A stretch of 61,296 nt of DNA, counting the filler, from Vannella sp. (lineage: Eukaryota), in NCBI GenBank assembly GCA_023345925.1. It is 5 parts of 5 records of this genome, joined end to end, with 100 filler letters (N's around TTAATTAATTAA, not from the genome) between each part and the next. Parts side by side here need not be neighbours in the genome. Positions count along the whole stretch, not along the records: positions 11,314 to 27,765 come from JAJQQN010000057.1; positions 27,866 to 46,601 come from JAJQQN010001046.1; 3 more parts are not named here. The stretch is one strand, 5' to 3'. How positions within the stretch are numbered: the stretch's first letter is position 1; each line of letters starts with the position of its first letter. The translations under genes and the position numbers were made by a program. Under the pieces are notes generated by a model. It made no database searches. It saw only the letters and a program-made list of their open reading frames with translations, and was not told the DNA's origin. Positions 24,951 through 35,509 of this stretch are shown here, piece after piece.

Positions 24951-25238
24951 CAGCGGAAGGGGAAATGCCCCCTTTTTGAGTTCTCTTCCTTTTTGTCTCA
25001 TATTTGGACACAAAATGTTATTTTCTGCCCCACACTTGTCTTGATGGATTGGTCTCCAAGCAGATCCGGGAGTCCTGCCTCGGACCAACACCAGGTGTTC
25101 TAAGGAGGAATGCAGGCTTTTCCTCCATGATACGTTCATCTGAAGCTCTCTCTAACGAGCACGGGTTGTGTGGTTGCTCGTCAGCCTCCCAGATTCCTTC
25201 CGGACACAAATACTCGTTTATTCCATGTAGATTCACAC

Positions 25239-27765
25239 CAGGGATGGTTAAGAATATGAATTAGCTAAAAGCTTAATCCCTTATGGCTTTGGGTAGTAGC
25301 TGTAAAAACCCAAGTTTTTAGAATTGGGTTTTTAAGAATTATGGCTTAAGCCGTAGCTTTTAGCTTTATGGCGAGCCGCGGCTCTTCGCGTAGACAGAGG
25401 CCTTCAACGCCTTATGAGAGACCTCAGGGATCCAACGAAGGGATGGCGACATCCACAGAAGACTCAAACGAACTTGAACCAGCTACTAACACAGGAAGGG
25501 TTCGCCGGAAGACGTGTTGGGCCTGGGGTGAACTTGTTCAGTCTGAATCAGTCTACAAGTGCAGCTCTTGCAACCACAAGGGTTGGAATCCACTCAAGTT
25601 CAAGATAGGAAACTTCAAGACCCATTTTACCACGCGACATCCTCAACTATGCGTGGAACGGGGCTACGTCGTTGCTGCATCGGCCAGCATCACCTCCAAC
25701 GATCAGCTTGATCTTTCTGTGAGTAGATGGGTACTTACCAGCAACCGTCCGTTTTCAATCGTGGATGATCCAGGCTTCAGGAGCATCATCCAAGGTCTGA
25801 GTCCTTCTCTACAGCTCCTTCACCGTCAGCAATTGATGAAGAGTTACCTCCCCCGCTTTTCTATCGCTCTGAAAGATAAAGTAAGTGCAGAGAATAGTAT
25901 CTCAGTCTCTGCTACTTACTTTTACGCAGATCCAGGATCTATTCAGAGACTCTGGTATGAAGTTCTTTTCGATGACATCAGATGGTTGGAAGTCTCCATT
26001 GAGCTCTAGTGCTCATTGGTACAGCATTACCATTCATTGGATTGACAAAGACTTCAGACTCCAGTTCGTTTTATTCGATCTTTACGATGCGGAGCTTCAC
26101 TCAACAGCCGACAACATTCTGAAGCAGTGGAATATCCATCTGCAACCTCTCGTTGAAAAGTATTCACCATTTGGAATTGTGACCGATGGTGAGGCTGCTA
26201 CTCAAAGTGCTCGCGCCACTCTGTGTTCTACTTTAGACATGAAACCTATCTGGTGCGTTTGCCACCGATTGAATCTGGCTTCGAAGTACATTGTCAAGAT
26301 TGAAGAAGTGGAAGATGCATACAAGAAATGCAAGGCGATCTCGAAATTCGCTAAGAAGAGCACTGTTTTCGGTGGGATCTTTCAGATGCTCAAGTCAAAA
26401 AAGACTATCCAACTGTGTTCTGCCTCTGAAATAAGGTGGAACTCTTCTTACAACATGTTTAAATCATTCTTGGACAACAAAGATGCTCTGGAACAGGCTT
26501 GTAACCAGACAGGCTACCCGAACCGACAGAGACTCAATTCTCGGGATTGGTCCTTTATTGAGATGGCCAGCGAAGTTTTGCTCATTATCAAGCCTGAGAT
26601 CAAGTTTTTTCAAGCTGAGAAAGTCCCAACTATCTCCTCTGTGCTGCCTCGTCTGCTTACCCTGAAGGAAATCATCACTGGTCTCTCTCCTCGCAACAAG
26701 ATTGCGCTTGATGCTGTTGTCGAGCTCGAAGACTACTTTCCATGGCTCTCTTCCTGGGATCCTCCTTCGGAAGAATTCTCAATCTTGAGCTCAGCCTCAT
26801 TCCTGGATCCCCGGTACAAAGACTTCTTCTTTATTGAAGATCAAGGAAAGAGAGATCAGCTTGTGTCCAGCATCAGACCTGCAATCGAACAGATTCTTTT
26901 GCCAGGAGGACCTGCTGTTGAAGCAGACCATTCGAGGGAATCTCCAGTGACAATCCAAATGCGGCGAAGGTCTCTGGCTGCCGAGCGTCAGGGAGAGATC
27001 GAGAGGTACCTTGCACTGGCCAGGGATCCAGAGGTAACCGAAGATCCTCTGAACTTCTGGAGGTCGGTCAGACCAAACGACTTTCCAACACTTTCTCAGG
27101 TTGCGAGAAGAGTATTGTGCTTACCTGCATCTTCTACAACTTCTGAGCGTGCTTTCTCTTCAGCAGGCTCCGTGCTGTCGAAAAGTCGCACCAGACTCTC
27201 AAGCGTGTCTTCTCGTTCTGCATGTTTGATTAATGTCAACAGGAGTTTGATCTCTTCCATTACTGAGCTGCCCAATCTCTCTAATGATCAGATCACAGCA
27301 TTCTTCAGAGGAGAAGAGGAGGGAGATGGAGAAGAGGGAGAAGAAGGAGAAGAAGGGGATGATGAACCCAATGAATGAGATTAATAAAGCCACACTGACT
27401 AATGCTAAGAGAGAGGGAAGCATACAATGTGTTAAAAAGTGAGGTGTCCTCCCACAGATGGAATGATCCACCGCTCGCGTGCGCATCGCTATGATTCCTC
27501 GATCTTTCTGCCAGATTGGATCTATGCCCTGAAACAGATGAAAGACTTTCACAAGAACGCAACAAACACGACCACAGGAGACTTTCAGCGAACAAAAGTT
27601 GTTATTGCCTACCGACCTCGAACCCACGACCTTCCAATCGGAACGCCAGGAGAGTGTGGTCAGACCACATTCCCCCAGAAAAAATTGCCGTGAGCCTGTT
27701 TCGTGTTTAATTTGAACAACCCAATCCCCTTACGGCTTTTAAAAACTTAGCCATAACCATCCCTG
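25239..27765 (+). mobile_element. hAT-superfamily DNA transposon, apparently full length (~2.5 kb)
   Basis: Perfect 12-bp TIRs CAGGGATGGTTA (25239-25250) and TAACCATCCCTG (27754-27765) flank a transposase gene. The right flank is the gap, so the TSD cannot be checked. Confidence 0.92.
25368..27378 (+). CDS. hAT transposase (~653 aa, one intron 25881-25929)
   Basis: BED-like finger (W..CSSC..HFTTRH), catalytic D (TSDGW), D (VTDG), CxxH (CVCH), RWNS, E (SERAFS) and C-terminal dimerisation motif (DPLNFW..FPTLSQVAR). Splicing restores one frame. Confidence 0.93.
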
Positions 27766-27865
27766 NNNNNNNNNNNNNNNNNNNNNNNNNNNNNNNNNNN
27801 NNNNNNNNNTTAATTAATTAANNNNNNNNNNNNNNNNNNNNNNNNNNNNNNNNNNNNNNNNNNNN
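27766..27865. other. Artificial contig spacer
   Basis: N44-TTAATTAATTAA-N44. Confidence 0.95.
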
Positions 27866-28532
27866 GATTTGCTGAAGCTTTCGGAGATCCCCAGAAGAGC
27901 GCCCCAGTTGGCCTATCGAGTTGCATCCAGAAGAGAAGACGCCTCCTTGCGAGTCAATGAGGATCACTCCTTCAAAATGGGTAGTCAGACATCGGAGAGG
28001 TCCTTCAGAACAGTCTTCCACCAAGGTCGGTTGGAGAACGCTGTTGGTGTGGCCGAGGCCCAGTTGCCCTTTCTCGTTGTCACCCAGAGGCCATCTTCAG
28101 CCTCTGCCACGAGAAAGTTCATGCCGCAAGCCACCTTGACAAGTGGAGGGAGTCCTTCCACTCGTTGGGGAAGAGAACTCGCCCAAGAGAGATCATTGAC
28201 TGCACTTCACACACCCAAAGGCCGCCTTCGGTGTCGATGGCAGCGCAATGAGACCAGCCAGCAGCTACCAAAGCTATACAAGGCATCCCTTTCGCTCTTT
28301 CAAAGGCTAAGGAGAAGAAACCAGCCTCCCACACACCGCTCTCCTCATCCAAAACGAGGGAGTGGGCGTATCCCCAGTCCACCTGGACTGGCTGCGGGCC
28401 CCTTCCAGGGAACCTTTACGGACGTTTGCTTGTTGTAACAACCGAGACCGAGTTGGCTGCAGTGGTACCCAAAAGCCAAAAGGGCCCCTTAGAGGGAGAG
28501 GAGGAGCGTGTGGTCGCCCAAAGGCATCCCAA
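27866..28532 (-). pseudogene. Degenerate RCC1-repeat gene relic, paralogous to 16700-16990
   Basis: GYAHSLVLDEESGVW, VAAGWSHCAAIDTEGGLW and GCNSIGQLG, with stops and frameshifts. 28475-28532 nearly matches 16921-16978. Confidence 0.7.
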
Positions 28533-28539
28533 TGAATGA

Positions 28540-31500
28540 ATGGCAATGAATCTACGTTACATGGACGAAGGAAGACGAGAGCTGAAGGCCATTTGGATGC
28601 CTTCAGCGGGCTCTGTGAGGGAGCGCAGCTTTGGGGAGGGATGGTTGGAGAGCACCGTCAGCTCGCATCTGCGGCCAGAGGTAGTCACTCCTTGGAGGAT
28701 CTTAACACGGGTAAGTGAGTATCGCTGTGTGGAGAGGCGGTCTGACAGGAGGGGGATGCCTTTCAGATGAAAACAGTCCATTTGGCTCTCGCTTTGGCTC
28801 TCAACAGGGGCACGGATCCTCCTGATGTGATGAAAACTCTCCCTTGTGCTCGCATGGAGTGCTGGATCGCTCCAGAAGACCTCCCCACCGACAAGGAGAA
28901 GGCGGGCGACCTTATTGCTCAGACTCTTCAAGAGCAGGTACGGCAGCCTCTCTCCCCCACTTCCTGTTCTGTATGGAATGCAGAAAGGTCTCTCTCTGAT
29001 GCTCTGGCGCCATGCAAGCCCCAAAAGGAACTAACCGAAGGTCCCTCTGTGTAGTACATGCGCTGGCAGCCCCGTGGGCGCTATAAGAGATGTGTGGACC
29101 CTTCTTTAGACTTTATACAGCGCTTAGCAAAGTCTATGAGGCGTGCAGCGAAGGATACACGCGTTCTCTTCCACTACAATGGCCGCGGCGTGCCCAAGCC
29201 CACTAGGAACGGAGAGATCTGGCTGTTCAACGCAGCCCATACACAGTACGTGCCACTCTCCTTGTTTGACCTCGATCTGTGGGCTGAGGGCCCAACCATG
29301 TACGTGTTCGACTGCTCCAACGCTGGCATCCTCGTCAAGTGGTGCCACGAGATCATTCTCCAACGGGAACAGATCCCTGGAAGTGCTCCCCATGACTGTA
29401 TCGTCTTAGCAGCCTGTGGGGAGCTGGAGAGCTTGCCACAGAATGTTGATCTTCCTGCAGACATCTTCACGGCTTGTCTGACGACCCCGATCAAGATGGC
29501 ACTGCATTGGGCATGTGCGAGGAGTATCCTCTTCAAGCTAGACCCAGACTACATCGAAGAGATCCCTGGCCAGTACCCAGATCGAAAAAGTCCGTTGGGC
29601 GAGTTGAATTGGATCTTCACCGCTATCACAGACACGATTGCGTGGCTCATTCTGCCAACACCTTTGTTTCATAGGCTCTTCCGACAAGATGCCCTGGTCG
29701 CTAGCATGTTCCGGAACTTCCTTTTGGCAGAACGCATTCTGCGTGCGTTGAATTGCACCCCTGTAGCGTTGCCGACACTTCCGCCCATGTCGCAGCATGC
29801 TTTATGGAATGCTTGGGATCTTGTGGTTGACTTTTACCTCGCACAGCTCCCTTTAATGATGCGCACAGGGCAAAGCTTCGCGCCCAATCCTTTCTTCCCT
29901 GACCAACTGACAGCCTTTGAGGTGTATCTGGCGTTTGGTCACGCAGAGAACAAGAAGCCAGCACAGCTTCCCATTGTCCTCCAAGTCCTCCTCAGTAAGC
30001 AACACCGCCAAAGAGCCCTCCATCTCCTCGCAAGGTTTCTAGATTTGGGCGCCTGGGCGGTGCAGCTGGCTCTGTCAGTTGGAATCTTCCCATATGTGCT
30101 CAAGCTCCTTCAAACGGATGCTCCAGAGTTAGAAAGTGATCTGATACTGATCTGGACCAAAATGATTGTTGTCGATCCCACTTGCCGGAATGACTTGATT
30201 AAGGAAGAATCAGAGAGCTTCTTTCTCCAATACCTGATTTCTAACGAATCTTCTACTCTCTTGACCACGCAAACGGCTTTCATCTTGGGGGCAATCATGA
30301 ATGAGTCCCCAGATGGCCAAGATGCGTTGCTTCGTGCCGGAATAATGCCGGTAGTCGTACACCGACTAGCTGATCCTCATTACGATGTCCGCTACTGGAT
30401 GCTCCTTTTGCTGGCCAAATTGTGGGAAGACAATCCTGATGCTCGCCAGCTTGCCATCAGCAACAGAGTTCACGAGACTGTGGCCCAAATGCTCGTTGAT
30501 CCACACCCTAAGGTGCGGTCAGCTACTGTTTATGCCATCAGCACTTTGTTAGAAGGCCCTCTTGAAGAACACGAATCTCCAGAAGAGTCTCAAGGACTGG
30601 AACTTCGCCTCGTCAGTGCGTTAGCTATCACCACTGCCGATATGAACTCCAGTGTGAGAAGGGAAATGATCTCTGCTATCATTCGGTTCATTTTCCTCTA
30701 CGAATCTCATTTCCAAGTGCCTCTTCTCGCTCTTATGAGAGAGAATCTTAGATTCGTTGCTGAAGCAGCAGTTTTAAGGCGCGCTGAGTCAACCCGAAGG
30801 AGCCTCCCAGTACGAGATGAGTTCCCTCCTGGTCTTAGTCCGGACCAGCACCGAATGATTCGCACTTGGAGAGTTCTTTTGTCTCTTCGAACTGATCCTC
30901 ACCCTGACTGTGCTTTCATATCCCAGAGATTCGTTCGCGGCTACTATCTCTATCTCTCTCGCCTTCCTATTGTCAAGAAGGAACCAGAATTGGTTGCATT
31001 CCTTGCACGACTTGGAGAAGAACCTCAGCAAGTCACTAATCGCTTCTCTTCTCCCAGCTCCCAACGCGTCTCCTCTTCCAGTAGCACAGACCGCAATTCA
31101 AAATCGGGACCTCGTTTAGTCAGTTTGAATGTCTCCCAATCCTCAGAAAATAGTGACTTGCTGGATCCAGCCAGTTTTGCCTCTCAACTCTTCCAGCAGG
31201 CTGCTCACTACTTTGCCCAAAACCTTTCTGAGATATCTGAAGACGACTTAACCTCCCCAATGGCCATGGAAAGGGAGTGGAGGCGCAAACAACAAGAAAG
31301 CTATTTCGAGCAAGCACTTTCTCTCAAAGAGGAATCTTCCCGGAGCAAGTTTGCCACAGAGATAGCTCTGATCAACGATAACGCTATTGACATTCCCAAT
31401 ATCCTTCGAATGCACCCCAGCGAACCTCTTTGCGCCTTTTCAGGCCGGAAGAAAGACTACGTTAGTGTATGGAACTGGGAAGCTGGCTCTCGCTTGGGTC

Positions 31501-32486
31501 ACTTTCACAACCTCTCCTGTGCACCTATCACAGCATTGAGCCTTGTGAACACAGAAGGGCGCTTCCAACTGGTCGTCGGCTCGGCAGATGGAGTTGTTCG
31601 AGTTTGGGGAGAAACTGACTCGGCCCCACGCCTTCTCACTGCCTGGAGGGCATTTGCAGAAGATCACAGTAACGCGAGACCTGGTTTAGTCTTTGATTGG
31701 AACTCGGACTGCAAGTACCTGGTGAGTGAATGGAGTCTCCAAGTCTTCCAAGAGACACTTACAAGTTGATGCAGGTAACAGCGGGGGCCCATTCAGCCAT
31801 CCGCGTGTGGGACGTAGAAAGGTGCCTTTCTGTCCAGGACATTGTTTCGGAAACCTCTGAACGGTTCGTGGCGACCTCGCTTAGTCATCATTATGGATCT
31901 CCTCTGTTCGTTGTGGGGTACGATAACGGGGCTTTGGAGATCTTTGATAGTCGTTCGCCCCCCAAGTACGGCTCTCTTCAGATGTACCAGGAACACCGCA
32001 CCCCCATCCTCAACGCAAAGATTCCCCATTCTGTTTCCGGCAATCTAATCATCTCTGGTGCGGCTGCTGGAGAAGTTAAACTGTGGGACTTGCGCCAAAC
32101 AGGAGGGAGCGTTCGCTCTTTACAAATGCACGCTCGTGGCATGTCCGCTTTCGATGTCCACAATCATTCTCCCATCTTTTCCACGTAAGTTTCGTTTCGT
32201 TGTCCATGTTAAGTCACTCAACCGCTCCATCTGGGCCAGGGGAGGGACTTCGCAAATAGTGAAAGTGGGGAGTTACCAAACTGGTATGGAACTTAGTGCT
32301 ATCCGATATCATAGTACTGGCCTTACTGGCCAACGCATTGGCCCTATCTGTAGTCTCGCTTTCCACCCGTACGTTCTTCCTTCTCACCTGAAAGGGCTCA
32401 CCAAAAGGTTATTCAGATACCGTCTTGTTCTTGCTGCAGGAGCAACAGATTCGTTGGTCTCCATGTACAAGAGCTCGGCTTCATAG
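28540..32486 (+). CDS. RPTOR: Raptor (TORC1 subunit, KOG1); the true start may be ATG 28597
   Basis: MKTV..DPPDVMKTLPCARMEC, RVLFHYNGRGVPKPT, DCSNAG, DLPADIFTACLTTP, QLPIVLQVLLS, HEAT and WD40 repeats; ~5 short introns. Confidence 0.95.
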
Positions 32487-32544
32487 TAAAGGAGACTTTG
32501 ACTTAACCTCACGTTTATACGGGCCGTTGGAACCAAGAAGGTTC

Positions 32545-34806
32545 TCAAGCCTTAACGCGCGCATCCATCTGGTCCGTGATGTGCTTTTTGTAGGATTTCA
32601 TGTTTCCTGGCCAAACCTGGACTTGGTTCTCCTCCAAGTTCCAGATTTCGTCACAAACGAGCTGAATGAGTCGCTGATCGTGACTGACCATGAGAACCCC
32701 GCCCTCGAAGGTGGCCAGTGAGCGGGCCAGTCCTTCGATTGTTTCAATGTCCAAATGATTGGAGGGCTCATCAAGAAGGAGGACATGGGGCCGTTCATAA
32801 GCAATCTTGGCAAAAACCACGCGACTCTTCTGTCCTCCTGAGAGTGTTCGGATTCCTCGAAGAGCAATGTCTCCGACAATACCGTACTTTCCGACGTGTG
32901 ACCGGATTTCTTGAGATGTCAGTTTGGGGTAAAGCGACGAGAAGTACTCGAGAGTGGACATGTTCAAGTCCAACTGGTCCACAAAGTGTTGAGAGAAGGT
33001 GGAGAAGCGGATATTCGCATTACGGTAGACAGAACCTTTGTTTGGGTCCAGCTCACCAGTTAGTAGCTTCAGCAAAGTGGACTTTCCACTTCCGTTCGCC
33101 CCAACCAAAGCCACTCGGCTTTCCATGTCCACTCCCAAGTTGACATTGCGGAAGAGTGGGTCTTTGTCATCTGGATGATAGCGGAACTCACAATCCTCCA
33201 GCTGTAGGATGGGAGGACTGATGGGACCGGGAGGGAGGAATGGTAGCTCCACTGCACCTTCCTCCACCATGGGAGCAAGCTCAGCCATCCGTTGAAGCTT
33301 CTTAATTCGACTTTGTACCATCGCAGCGCGGTTAGCATTCACACGGAAGCGGTCAATGAAGGCTTGAATGTGCTTCTTCTGCATATTCTGTGCCTCAATG
33401 GACTTGGAGAGCTGCTTCAGATGCTCATTCGCAGCCTTCTCAAACGTATCGTAGTTGCCACGGTACTGTGTGATGGTCTTCTGGTGCAAATGGGCGATAT
33501 CCGTGCACACTTTGTTGAGGAACTCGCGCTGATGACTCACAATAACGATCGTTCCTTCCCACCCTTCTAAGAAGCGCTCCAGCCACACAATCGCGTGGAA
33601 ATCCAAGTGATTGGTGGGCTCATCAAGCAAAAGCAAGTCGGGGTGACAGAAGAGAGCTCGGGCCAAGGCAATGCGCATTCGCCAGCCTCCAGAGTAGTCT
33701 TTGGTAGCTTTCCGTTGCATATCAGGATCGAATGAGAGTCCAGCAAGGATAGCAGACGCTCGGGCCTCAGCAGAAGACGCGTCAATCTCTTGCAGGCGCT
33801 TGTAAATCACTGGGAGCTTGACGCTTTCGGGATCCTTCTCTAACAGCATCTTCTCTTCATTCCAGAGGTCCACCAGCTCTAGATCAGCCTCCAAGACACT
33901 GCGCAGAGCGGTTGTATCGTCTCCGACAACTTCTTGCTCGACATGAAGGATGGAGATGTTGCTTTGCACGGGCAGCTCTCTCGTGGAGATGTGTCGAAGA
34001 AGTGTGGACTTACCACAACCGTTGCGGCCCACCAAACCATACTTTCGGCCTTGAATGATGGACAAAGAAGCGTCCACCAGCAACTCTGACTTTCCAAAGG
34101 ACAAGGAGAAGTACTCCAACTTGATATCCTATTTCTCTCTCGTTAGTGAACGGCTCGCATGTGGAAGGGGGGCAGAGAAGGGCGCATACCCGAGAACCAC
34201 TGTCGACTGTGCTTCGTTTGAAGCCAGCAGTCACCTGAATGCCTTCCTTGGCCATCTGAAGACATCAATAAAGAGACAATATTAGTTCCCTCACTGTGGT
34301 TATGGAAGAGAGAGCGCTACGTGCCTTCTCAATGTACTTGAGTTCGTCTCGACGAGCTTTCTTGTCTTGTCGGCTCTTCTTCTTCTTGGCAGCACGTTCA
34401 AGTGCATCTCGATCGACGTGACTGATTTGATCGGCTTGCTTGATCCAGTCTCGAACCTCACTGGCCTTCTGCTGATCGCCCACGTTGATGGGAGCATCCA
34501 ACAAGCGAGCCATTTGCTTGGCTTTGTCCAATCCGTTTGCCTTGATGTATGTCTCAATGATATCTCGGCTGACGTTGCTTGCCTCGCCCTCTTCCGCTAC
34601 CCTCAGACTATGTGAGACAAGGATCCAGCTCCTCCTTGCTGGAACTCACCCGCTCCATCGATTAGGGACGTCAACGTCTCCACCGCTTCTTCCACATCAT
34701 TAGAAGCTTCCTCCACAACGGAGATCAAGTAATCCACAATGTCCCCGAGCTCTCCCAATCCACCTCCAAGCTTATCCTCCAACACCTGCCTTGCTTCCAC
34801 TCCCAT
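32545..34806 (-). CDS. ABCF3: ABCF-family ATPase (ABCF3/GCN20-like)
   Basis: Two NBDs (GRNGCGKST, YSGGWRMR, LLLDEPTNHLD; GANGSGKST, LSGGQKSR), no TM domains and an N-terminal DIVDYL extension. Confidence 0.9.
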
Positions 34807-34869
34807 CTTGCAAGTGAGTGAATGGCATCACGCATTAGAAAAGTCTTTTTCACAAATCGTTACTAAACA

Positions 34870-35035
34870 GAGAAGTCACGTGAGAGGGCATTTCCCCATG
34901 TTGGGGTCTCAAGCAGCCAAAAAGTGAAAAAATGAAATCACTCCAAAAGTTTATCCTGAAGAGATGGAGGTCATCAGGGCAAGCTACGCAAACACGAGTT
35001 CTTCCCCCCTCTTCGCCTTCGCTCGTGGATTTTTA
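34870..35035 (+). repeat. Dispersed repeat copy B, homologous to 19270-19420
   Basis: Core 34951-34978 is identical to the reverse complement of 19317-19344; shared AAGTCACG..GAGGGCATTTCCCC and CGTGGATTTT flanks. Confidence 0.85.
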
Positions 35036-35509
35036 CGATGTGTATCAATAACATGTGCGAGCAGCTTGTCTATCAGGAAATTCTTCATGTTGGCTCACTT
35101 TGCTCACATTGCTCACTCACGTCATTCCGACGGAGAGACAGTGACCAACGATGATATTCGCTCAACCACCATAGAGTATGGTTGATCCCTAAAGGGTGTG
35201 TTGATAAACACATGCTAGCAGCTTCTCAATCGGCAAAGCCTTCATGCCCAAAGTGTCTTGCTCACTTAACTCCCCCGCTTTGCTCGAAGGTCTTTCTCCC
35301 TAAGCATGCGATTTGGATTAAAGACCGTATGATATCAATGCCTATTGGTATGTCAACAACCTCCTCTCGTAACTTTCCGAAAAGCGAACCTTTCATGCAT
35401 TTCTAGCGCACTCCCAAGTGAGATAGAAAAAAGCGTTTGCAAGCGTTAAAATACCTCCAAAAGGAGCCCTGCCACAACATTTACGATGACTTTAAGTCAA
35501 ATAATGGTT

